A DNA stretch of 61,316 bases, filler included, from Sluysia triapertura (Eukaryota), in assembly GCA_046118255.1 (NCBI GenBank). It is 4 parts of 4 records of this genome, joined end to end, with 100 filler letters (N's around TTAATTAATTAA, not from the genome) between each part and the next. Parts side by side here need not be neighbours in the genome. Positions count along the whole stretch, not along the records: positions 21,459 to 37,901 come from JBJNIA010203707.1; 3 more parts are not named here. One strand, written 5' to 3'. The first letter of the stretch is position 1; every line of letters starts with the position of its first letter. Made by a program: the position numbers and the translations under genes. Of the stretch, positions 26,628-38,001 are shown in pieces. The notes under the pieces were generated by a model. That model searched no databases, was not told where the DNA came from, and saw only the letters and a list, made by a program, of their open reading frames with translations.

Positions 26628-27604
26628 TACATTGCATAACTACAACTAAAAATAAATGGTTAAATATTCAATTTACAATATTAAATTTATTTTAATGTTT
26701 CTACTTCTATATTTATTTAACAAATTGTATTCACAATAATAAATTTGACACAATTTATTTTTATTTTATTTCACTGTAGTATTTAATAAATAAAATTGTT
26801 TCATTACACTGTTACGAAATTTCTTTGAAATAATTATTTCAGGCACATAATATATTTAAATATGTAAAACTATAAAGGGTTAATGATATAAATGTTCACG
26901 AAATAATAAATTTATAAATCTGTATTGTCACCATCATTTTCATAATTTTTCGAGTTTCCATACAATTACTTTTTAATGCATTATAAGCACATTTTCTATA
27001 TAATAGATTTTAATTATTGTAAAATACATAATTTTCAAAACACACTGGGCCAATCATTATTGATATTTTTCTACTAAATTTTTTACTTAAAGTAGACACT
27101 TAAATAATTGCGCGAAAAGATTTTCTCATCAATGAAAGACAGTGTGTAAGTAATACTTTCTAGAAAAAGTAATAAAAATTTCATTAAATTTCATGTTTCT
27201 TTGTTTAAATAATAACTAATGAAATCACGCATTAATAGTAATAGTAATAATAATAATTTATAAATAAAAATCATATAATAAATAATAATAATATCGGAAA
27301 TTACTCAAAACACCAAAGTAATTTTAAAATTAATTAATTAATTAATCACCTTGCAAACTAATTACTTGCATTTAATATTAATATTCGTGGAAATATTTCT
27401 GCAAGATATATCTGGGTACAAATTGTCAAGAAAATATGTAAGAAATGTTGAGAAAAGATCGCTTTCAACATTTAAATCAGTGTCAAAGAATGAAAAGCAA
27501 AAGTAAGACAAGTTTATAAATGTTTTGAAATAGAAAACTGTTAAATTTGTTGTCTATGTCAAATAATAATAATAATAATAATGATAATAATAATAAGTTA
27601 CTCT

Positions 27605-27822
27605 TTATAATAAGTAACTGCCACAATAATGACAGTAATCTGTATCAAAGCACAATTTACATTTACAATGAGTGCACGTCTGGCTCCTGTTAATGTTAGA
27701 ATTATTATCCAATAATTCACAAACACCATTGTCTGATTTTCGTCTCTGAAGAGAGGCCTCTTGTTTAGACGAAACTAATAGCCTATTATTGTAAACAGCC
27801 TCATCTTGTAACAACTGAGAAC
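27605..27822 (-). CDS. Probable terminal exon of an unidentified gene with a C-terminal zinc ribbon
   Basis: Acceptor cataattcag|; ends CTHCKCKLCFDTDYCHYCGSYLL* (CxxC-x10-CxxCG). Confidence 0.5.
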
Positions 27823-27960
27823 CTGAATTATGAACAAGTATCATGAGTAATTTTATGAAGGATGAAAAGACATTGAAACAGTGATCGAGTAATATTGGAT
27901 ATTGTACAAAAATAAAAATATTAAATTGCAAAACACTAAATATCAACCTATCGATTAAAA

Positions 27961-28375
27961 TAGCCAAATTATTAGACTAAAACAGGAAAAATATGTTTTG
28001 TTTAATATGTGCTACCCTGGCTTGGAAACTCTGCAGACATGAATCCCATAAACCAATCACTAAGACAGAACTTATTGAAACCCTGATAAAAGTATGGCAT
28101 CACAATGATGAGATCAAAGACTTGTGCCCCAAGTTCAGGAAATTATTGGATAACAAGAGGGCAAACAAAGTAGTGATACAGTTGTTTGTACATATTTGAT
28201 TTGTAGTAAATTGTGTTATCAGTCTACATGAATAAAATTTCTGTATGTTTTGGATCTCAGTAATTTTATCTTTTATTTTACTTTCACCAGAATTTTCCAT
28301 GACAATGTTTTTATACACTTATATTTATACACTTTTGATTAATAGTTTCATAGACTAATAATTTGGCTACCACTA
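27961..28375 (+). mobile_element. Tc1 deletion derivative, copy 3 (inverted relative to copies 1 and 2)
   Basis: tagccaaattattagactaaa left end, tagactaataatttggctaccact right end; HKPITKTELIETLIKVW...RKLLDNK. Confidence 0.88.
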
Positions 28376-28883
28376 TAGATAAAAATAGTTTACGGATCAA
28401 CCTATAGTTAAGATGTTATGACCTAAATGATGGTCAACCCTGTAGAATTTTACACTTATAATATAACTTAACAAATTTTATAAATTGTAAGTAAGTCTCC
28501 AGTCACGTTAAGTGTGATATTATAAAATTTTACTAGAGTAAAGCTTTAACTCGTTCGTAAACTGTAAATTACTTTAATGAATTAATTTCTTCGAATAATT
28601 TCTTCTTTTAGTCTTACTTAACAAATAAATATAATGTAAGTGGAATAAACAAATTATCTCAATTTATTATAACGCATATGTGATATATGCTAAATTAATA
28701 AAGTGTAGCAAATAAGAATTAATAGTACTAATATTAAAATAAACTATAAATTATAATTAATTATTTTTTAAAAAAAGTATAATTGAGTTATATGAGACGA
28801 AAAATATGATAAATATGTAAATATGTTATTTAAAAAATGTGCTATTATTATTTAATTTTATTTATTATATATATATATATATT

Positions 28884-29722
28884 TCCGCGTTATAGGAAAA
28901 CGTATTGTAAGAGTATTCTCGTAAAACGCGTTATGTACAAATGATTCACGTTTAACTTTTCTCGTTAAAGGGGTTTTAAATCGAATATTAAGCAAAAACT
29001 ATGTTATGAACGAAATAAGTCAAATCCTTATTCATCCACTTATCTAGCAATATTTACTGTAGGTTCGATATTTAAACTTGTAGAACCTAAAAAATTTTCT
29101 TGGAAAACGATTTCAAGCCAAATATTTTTCCAACAGACGTTTAATGACGAAGACTTTAATTCTTGAACAGATAGAAATATTAACTCCACACATTTTAAAA
29201 TTGAGAAATCTTTCCACATGTGAGGTAATTTCATATCTGGATTGCACCCAAAATTTTCCAACATAAGTTCAAGTGTTCTACGTATATAATAAGATTTAAG
29301 TGTTTTCATAATACCCTGGTCAAGTGGTTGTAGAATTGATGTTGTATTAGGTGGTAAAAAAGGACTTTTACTTTTGGATGAACTAGGTCTACTGGATGTC
29401 CTGGAGCATTGTCTATCAGAAGTAAAGTTTTGAAACTGATATTTTTAATTTTCGAGTAATTTTCGACATGCGGTACAAATCGTGAAATATAGCAGCTGTG
29501 ACCCATGCTTTTTTGTTTGCTGTCCAGTAAACGGGAAGTTTAGTACACCTTTTAGTACATACATTTATGTATAATCAATGTTTGTACAATTCAAAAACTA
29601 GAAACACAAATTTAATAAAATAATTCAATTTAATTTCATAACACAATTGACACAATATGCACAGTTATATGGGGAACACATATGTTATACGAGGGGCACG
29701 TTATAAGAGTACCGTGTTATAT
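28884..29722 (-). mobile_element. pogo/Tigger transposon remnant with frameshifted DDE transposase
   Basis: KLPVYWTANKKAWVT...KTLLLIDNAPGHP...VLF(L)PPNTTSILQPLDQGIMKTLKSYY; cgcgttata-type subterminal motifs on both sides. Confidence 0.9.
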
Positions 29723-30500
29723 ATACAAAGTACGCTCACATTGTTTATAATTTTGTAATACATATTCGTTGTAATTTATAAGTCCAGTTTAATTCGAAAT
29801 TGTTTTATGTTTAAAATTTGTCTTAATGGATTATTTAAAATAATTTAATATTTAATAATTGTTATAAATTTTAAATTTTAGAAGTGCAAATAATTATTAT
29901 TTAAGCGTAAATATTTATAATATCTAAATTTTTATTAATTTTGTTTAAATCAACACTGAAAATTTTGTTTTAGTTTAGACCTTCAAGGTCAAATTCATAA
30001 TATAAAAACTGAATATTTAAATCCAAAAAGCTCACAACACAAAAACTTCTTTTGACAATTTTTACAAGAGTCTTCAAAGTTTTAAAGATCTAAGAACTCT
30101 TTTAAAAAAGATCATCTGGAAATCTGACACTAAATTGTTCAAATATCTCACAGAATAATTTGTGTCTTGTTGTATCGTTAGTTTTAACTTTTATAAGGAA
30201 TTGCAATTTTTAATATTGCCTTAATAAAATCAAAATAAAAAAAATCGTTCCTATAAATTTTTAGCTATCATATTAGTAAATTCCCTAATTTGAAATATAT
30301 TAACTAAAATATTATAAATATAAAATATAATCTTACTAAATTGTGTATCATTTTTATTATATAAATTTTGTTATTATTTGGTATTTAACTTGTCATTATA
30401 ATATACCTTAGTGGTGAAAATATTTTTTGGTGTAAATTCATGTATTTTTATGTTTCTATAAAACAAAGCCATAATAAAATCTTGACAATAATAATTATAG

Positions 30501-30662
30501 GAAAATTTAACGGAGGACCTCTGTGATTTTTTATTTGAATATGAAAGTATCGCCGACGCAATCGGCTGGAATGAAGCCGAAAAAATTAAAGAATTCAAAA
30601 CTATTTAACTGGAGTGGCGATCCAGACCTATAAGGAAATAAGTAATAATGATAAGCTTCAAT
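30501..30662 (+). mobile_element. Gypsy-type gag N-terminal fragment
   Basis: EDLCDFLFEYESIADAIGWNEAEKIK (frameshift) YLTGVAIQTY matches the retrotransposon gag pattern FL..YE..A...GW....K......L.G.A..Y. Confidence 0.7.
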
Positions 30663-31159
30663 GAGGAAATAGCACTTGATAACATGGCAAAATATTATAC
30701 AAAAAATTAAAATAATCAATAACTAGACTAACAAATTATAAATGTGTATTACAAAATTATAAACAATGTGTAATTACAAAGTTTACAATGAATTTTTTGG
30801 TTACGTATACTGAGAAAGACGATGCGATTCTGAAAAAGACGCTCGCTATTTTTACGATGAAGGATACTCGTTTTCACTTCGATGCTCTCAGGTAAATTAA
30901 TTGGAGAAATATTATTGCAAAGGATTTTTCATATCTGGAAAATATTTTTATTTGCCTCTTTCCTACAATCGATTACGTAAGTTTATCCCTGCAAGTTTAA
31001 TCTTCATTAACATTTTGAACTTGGCTAAAGCTAAATATAACATCTGACTACAATCGACATTAATTTCACATCTTCCTGATGTTATAAGGTGTTTTTATTA
31101 TTATTATTCCTTTTATTATTCGGACTGTGGTATTTTATTAATTCTTGAAATAGTTAGTA

Positions 31160-31935
31160 GCATAGAAATGGTAGTTTGTCATCACAACCCCTTAAATATT
31201 ATTTATAAATGTCTGTAAACACTTAAAAATTGTTTATTTTTCAAAAAATAAAATAAAATTTCTAAAAAAGAAAATTTGCTTCTATAAATAAAACAGAAGC
31301 TTCTGGAGTGTTCTAGAACATTCAATCGATTTTTAGTGGCTGATGACTAGTACATAAACTAACATCAGTTTAATGAAAACTGCCATTTTACAACTAGTTA
31401 GTATACAGTATCGCCATTTTAAATTTACTATTCAATTCGTTCTGTGCATTAGCAGTTCAATTACAAGCCGGATCGGAATTTTTAATCAATTTCCATGCAA
31501 GGATAAATTATTTTATTTTAAGGAGATTTTGACTTTCATATAAGCCAAAATCATAAAATCCAGGTAAAATCAAATTTGAGCATTATTATTGTAAGGATCC
31601 CAATATATTGAGGGAAAATCTCCTACTCGAATTGAAATATAAAACAAATCAAATATCTCAAAAAGGATTTTTATTTTAAAATTCAATTTTTTCGTTTTTG
31701 ATTTCTATTGTTTTTGTTGTATAATATCTTAAAATTTTGTTACTTTTTATATTTAGTTAATAAAATTCAAGTAATTATTTTTGCTCATTGTGATATTGTA
31801 AGTTTAGGACCCTCCCTATGTGTTAAACGCATTTTAAAAGTAAATATCGTAAGATTCTCAACTTATTAGTTACAGAAACACCAACTAACAGTTGTAGGAC
31901 GTTTACTGTAACCGGTTCCTGCTCAATTTTTTAAG
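31160..31935 (+). repeat. HSE-bearing dispersed repeat (LTR-like), copy A
   Basis: Collinear in inverted orientation with 43445-44310 at several anchors (catcacaaccc, HSE block, tgtaagg..tatattgaggg, acttattagttacag, actgtaacc). Confidence 0.8.
31295..31324. promoter_or_regulatory. Heat-shock element, 6 nGAAn units (one mismatched)
   Basis: GAAgcTTCtgGAGtgTTCtaGAAcaTTC. Confidence 0.6.
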
Positions 31936-32483
31936 AAAACTATAGCAAAATAGAGTTCAAAACTTATAAGCGTAACCTCAAATAATAGTACCAATCAATT
32001 TAGGTCACGATACAATAATAATTAAAAGCGGTTAGACACATTATCAATGAAGCAATCATCAGTAAGAACTTAGAACCATTTAATAATAACACAGAAGTCT
32101 GCTAGACATAGTGGTAGATAATTGACCATATTAACAGACAAGTCGTGGTTCCACGAGTTTACATTACCGATAAAAGGGTTGTGGCACGGTACAATATTTT
32201 AAAAATAGACAATAAGACATGTCATTATTTTCATAATACAATATATTATTTTGTATTACTATTATTTTGATATTTATATTATTGACACAATTACTTATTG
32301 ATCTGACTAAATTTGATCCCTAATAAAATGTTTATTCGATTATAAAATCTTAGATTATTGTTATAATATATCACCTCAGTAATTTAGAAGAATGTAGTTA
32401 AATTTCAGTTTCATTGAAAGACAGTTTAAAAAACATTGTGTTGATTACATTTTTTACATAATAAATTGTTTTAGTACTCCATA

Positions 32484-32552
32484 ATGGCGAGAATAAAAGA
32501 ACTGACTGAAGTAGAACATGAAAGAATTCTTGTTTACGATGAGGAAGGATAA
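32484..32552 (+). mobile_element. Tc1/Tc3-like transposase N-terminal fragment
   Basis: MARIKELTEVEHERILVYDEEG resembles Tc1-family HTH starts. Confidence 0.45.
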
Positions 32553-32671
32553 TTATACCATGATACAAACTACTTGTCGATACTGTACATATATAAAGGC
32601 ATAAAACAAAACGCTATCTAACAGATTATACGTTGTCCAAAATATTATTACTACTACTACTATTATTATTA

Positions 32672-32706
<35 letters not shown>

Positions 32707-33554
32707 AGTTTAGGAAGCCACACTGTAAATTGTGCAAAAATCAATTTAAAATATAAAGACATCTTAAATAAATTAACTAAAAGATAATTTAAATATTAAT
32801 ATTGCACTCACTTTATAATACCTAAATATACACGAATGTTTATGTTATACTGAAAAACTGCTTAAAACCTCAAAAATATCAAAAAAGCATCCAGAAACGC
32901 ATCTAAATAGCAAATCAAAAGGCGGAGACTAAGAGACAAGTGTGAAGGGAGGTAGCAGAAATTCATAACACTTAATTAGTATCGAGAAAATATTGCGGAT
33001 CAAACATGGATGTCAATGATCAACCAAAAAGTGAACACTAACTGTAATAAACAAGTATTAACAGCAAGGATACAAATAAATAATATGAAAAATAAGACAT
33101 GGTAAAAATATATCAACAAAACGATGTTAGATACTGTAATTAACTAGTCTACATGAAAAATTGGCTACGTAGTCATAGCACAATATGCATTACATAAGAA
33201 TTATTGCAGAAGTAAATTGATTAAAGTGCAATATTGATTAAAGTAAGATCAAGTATGGAAATTTAATAATTATTGGTTGTAAAATTCTGACCAGAGAAAC
33301 ATATTACATAAAGTGTAATTTATTATTGAAAAAATGTCTTACGTTAAATACTGGCAGACATACTGACAAATATTAGTAGATAGTTTTAATAATAATACTA
33401 ATGATAAAGTTTGAAGAATATGAAATATATACTATCGAGAAAATTGTACAGTTAATTTTGATAATATGCACACAGTCGTTAAATCTCATGTACAATCCAT
33501 TATTAGAAAATTATGATATCTTAATAAAAATATAAATAATGGAATAAACTAGAA

Positions 33555-33930
33555 TATCCTTTCTTTACATTTGTACTTGCATCTCATTTTGATATTTGCT
33601 ATAAGATTAGAAGAACCAGCAACTGAATTCGATAATGAAATACCAATAAATAATAATCGTCTAATTATATGGTAAATAGAATAAGTTTTGCATTTTTATC
33701 ATAATTTAATTAGTTCTTTAGAAATTAATCAAATTGGCACTGCTCTACTTCAAAATGAGTTGACAAGTGTAAACTTACTGGACAAAATTCCAACATATTT
33801 GGGTGAAGATAGTTACATTGTGAATAAACATACAAGTAATTTAGATGATGAACATTGGCTTGCAATCTATGTGAAACTTGAACGTGTTTGACGTATTTGA
33901 TCCATTTGGTTTTTATTATTCAAATTGGTA
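33555..33930 (+). mobile_element. Decayed Maverick/Polinton: major capsid C-terminus followed by adenain-like cysteine protease
   Basis: IRLEE...EFDNEIPINNNRLI* then YIVNKHTSNLDDEHWLAIYV (frameshift) DVFDPFG, matching the adenain IVN......HW.A......FD.FG motif; capsid-then-protease order is typical of Mavericks. Confidence 0.72.
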
Positions 33931-34400
33931 CGAAGGAAATAAAACATTTTGCAGAGAAAAATTTTTGTGTAATAACAAACTTAAAACCATCATAACAATA
34001 TCTAGCATGAAGCCTACATTATTTTAATAATTAAACTGAAATCAATTTTTATCAAAAAAGTATTATTATTAATAATACATTCTTGATAAAAATTATCTAA
34101 ACAAAGACGTGTCTTTTTAAGTACGTATTTGTTTTAGTTAGATATTTTACTGTTTTTAATGTTAAATAATATAATAGACATTCAGCAAAGAATATTTAAA
34201 TCATGTTTCTTTACTTATTATTAATTTATAGAATTACAATAAAGACATCGTATAACACATGTACAAATTTTTCGGACGTAATTATTTCATGTCCGAAATA
34301 ATTAAGTAACAAAAAAATGCATATTAGACATAATTTAATTTTTGAAAAGTTGTCGAAGAAGATTTTTCAGAAATCAAAAAGGTAATTTTAATTTTATTAA

Positions 34401-34446
34401 CCCCTTAATGCACACCCGTGTTAATACGTTTCTGCGCGTTAAGGGG
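34401..34446. mobile_element. 46-bp piggyBac-like mini element
   Basis: TTAA on both sides; TIRs ccccttaatgcaca / tgcgcgttaagggg. Confidence 0.65.
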
Positions 34447-35918
34447 TTAATTTCTACATTATTTGCATATAGCGAACAAAGCCGAAAATAAAAACAAGAT
34501 ATGCAAAATTAATTGTTATTTTTATTAAATTATTTTTTTAGATTTACAAATTACGAAAGAAGACACAATTAATGTCGAATATGGAATTAATGCATATGGA
34601 AAAAGTAATTTAATGGTAATTTACGTGGTCAAGATATAAAATCTCTACTTTTTCTAAGGAAAGGATAGTTAAATTAAATGAAATTAAAAATCAATTGGTA
34701 AACATTCAACTCCAGGTAAAGCTAAGGTCATATTTAGTAAGGATGATGAAATTAAAGAATGGTATGTAAGTGAACCAGCTAAGGTGTACGATAATGATTT
34801 TATAAATTTCATATCAGATTCAATAAATAATATCAGAATTAGATAGTGGTTAGATTATTATGGACCAAATTTTCGATAGGATATATATTGACATTTTTAT
34901 TATATTTTTACAATATTTTATTACGTATTTTTATGGTAAATAAAATTTTATTAGTGAAATAAAATATATACGATTTTTTATATTATAACATTATAAAAAG
35001 TGAGTCATTAATTATTCACACACAGAAAAAGACTTCACGGATTAAAATACTCCACGATTGTTCAATACTTTTGAAGGTATTCAAGGAAATACTAACTAGA
35101 AGATAACACCGACGACTGTTAATACAGTAACATTTTAACAAGGAAGACTTCATCGACACAGTTTTATCATAGATCTATTTCAACAATACCCTTACAGGAT
35201 TTTATTGTATTTTTCAGAATAACCATGCAATCGTATATCTATAAGCATTAGACATTAATAATTTTTGTCTTAAATTCTTACGTAAAATCTCGTTTTTCTT
35301 TAAAAGCCAAGAATAACGCCTGGATCAACGTTAAACTAATTTTAAACTTACAAAGGGAAACCTTGTGTATCAATTTTATACTTTATATTTTGTTATATTT
35401 TGTATTTTGCAAACATGAAAAGTTTCCTTTTATATATAATAAACCTTAGTTGTTTAATTTTGTTCATTAATTGCAAGTTTATAAATTTCGATATTGATTA
35501 ATAAAATAAAAGCTTAAGGGAAAGTGTTTAACAGTTACCGAATTAAATCAACTTTTAATATGAGAAGATAATTTATTTATTAGTCTAATTGTCAGAATTT
35601 ATAATTTCTGAATTAAGCAATAAAGTAATAGCACTAATTTAGTCAACAGTAAACTAAATATTAAAAAACTCTTATAATGAGACCTTCAAGTAAATTATAT
35701 AAAGAAATATACATTTTCCAGCTTCGAGTAGGACAATCTTTACATAGTTAATTGACTCAAAAAACTGTAACTGTGTTTACCGTAGAAACATAAAACACAA
35801 GATTAGAGCTAAATTCATACTTAATCATTATATAATTTGAAGCTGATATAGTAAGGCTTGTTTGTTAAAAATTTTGTTTGATTCTTTGCAATAGTTTGTG
35901 TTTGGTGCCGTATCAAAT

Positions 35919-36462
35919 ATGGAAAATCGAAAACACCATTTTCGGCTTATTTTACTCTTTTACTATCGAAAAAGTAAAAATGCAGTTCAGGCAAGGCGAA
36001 AATTATGTGATGTGTATGGAGATGTATTGACAGAACTACGATGCCAAAATTTGTCTGCAAATTTCCTTCCGGCAATTTCGATGTTGAAGGTGCACCACAA
36101 TCTGGAAGGTCCGATGAAGCCTATGAAGACAAAATATGGGCATCGATAGAAGCAAACTGCCGAATAACAACTTGTGAGATTGCTGAGAAGTTAAATATGT
36201 CGAATTCGACTGTTCAAGATCACATGAAACGTCTTGGCTTAATTTCTCCAGATTTGGCACATTCGAACAATTACTTGTTCCGGACTCTGCTAAATTTTTT
36301 GGACGGGACGTCAAATATCACTTGGACTAATTTTTGCCAGCAAATATCAGAAGTTTTATGAGTGTGAAATCAATCTCCTGTCGAGAAGATGACAAAATGG
36401 AGAAAATATAATTTAATAAAATGTGTTTCATTTTCGCCAAAAATCGAAATTACTCTCCACAA
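35919..36462 (+). mobile_element. mariner (Mos1-like) transposase pseudogene with internal deletion
   Basis: MENRKHHFRLILLFYYRKSKNAVQA..LCDVYG, SGNFDVEGAPQSGR, TTCEIAEKLNMSNSTV, joined directly to SPDLAHSNNYLFRTL (YSPDLAPSDYHLF motif). Confidence 0.92.
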
Positions 36463-37832
36463 TATTATTTTAAAATGATGGGTGTATTTAAAAATATCAA
36501 GAAATGCAAAGTTAATTAATCAAATCAATCACTTTTAATAGATTAACAACTTGACAAGTCTTGGTTTGACTAATGAGTATATGTTTTGTGCCAACAAAGG
36601 CATTGAATGTATGTGGATTATTCATTGTTTGTTAAATATAGAGTACAGAAATAAATGTGATCAGAAATTTACTATATAAATAAATTGATTTCGCTTCTAA
36701 TTTCACAAAATCATTGGGATCGTGAACCAAGAATTATATTTCTTCAAAAATCATTGTCCGTTTCAAAAATCAAAAATCCGTGTCAGATTTGAATTATATT
36801 ATTGGAGGGTAACGGTTTGTTATTACATTGATTGTTTTGATTTAATTTTTTCGAACATTACAATTTTGGTTGTGCCATCCGAAAGTTAAGTTTCTCGTTT
36901 AATTTTTATATTATTAGTGTTTAATAAGTTGATTGTTGATTTGACATTTAACTGTTCTTCGTTAAACATTTATTTGGAATATTTAACTTTTAATCGATAT
37001 TTATTGTGATATTTGATAAAATGTATTGATTGTGTTATTGAGAATATAATTGAAGTTAAATCTTATTTTGATTTTCTGAGTTTTGAAAGAGTTGAATTAA
37101 ATTATGTAAGATGCAACAAATATAAGATTATTAAATTATTTCTGAAAACAATACACCAATCCAGTCTACCACAGAATATTTGTGTAAAAGTCTCATTTAT
37201 TTTTATCTATTTTTAATTTTTTAAATGTACATTAAACTTACTTTACAATATCAAAATATCCATGAACATTTACTTTATAAACTTCAAAAATGTAGAAGTG
37301 AGAAACTAGCAAACAAACACCACACTTATTATCATACGGAAAAATACTATTAAAATATGGAAAATCCGTTAAAATATGAAAGCTAGTCATAGTTAACTAG
37401 TACGTAGAGAAAACTGGCCATGCAGTCATAGTAGAAAATACAATAAATAAAAATCATTGAAGAATTAAATTGTGTAGGTAGCTTATTCTAGTAATTATCT
37501 TAAGCAACAAAAATGGACTAGATATTGACCGTAAATTTCGGATCAATGGACTCGAATGTACGTATCTAAAAGAGATAGAATTAAAATAACAACACAAATT
37601 CGTACTAACTAGAGGGATAGTGGGAAGAAATTCGATTTTCAGCAAACGATTCCGATTTCTTTTTGAGTTCATTTTGAAAAAACATAACTGAAAATAAAGA
37701 AACAAATTAATTATTTTATTTTATTTTCATAAATGTAATAGCAGAGTCTTCTCTATCTACTGAACATCAATAAATAGTGATTCTTCTTGTAACTTTACAC
37801 GAAATCATTACTTTTCATGTTGAGAATATAAA

Positions 37833-37834
<2 letters not shown>

Positions 37835-37901
<67 letters not shown>
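37835..37901. repeat. (ATT)n microsatellite at a contig end
   Basis: Directly visible. Confidence 0.95.
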
Positions 37902-38001
37902 NNNNNNNNNNNNNNNNNNNNNNNNNNNNNNNNNNNNNNNNNNNNTTAATTAATTAANNNNNNNNNNNNNNNNNNNNNNNNNNNNNNNNNNNNNNNNNNN
38001 N
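37902..38001. other. Artificial contig spacer
   Basis: 44N-TTAATTAATTAA-44N. Confidence 0.97.
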
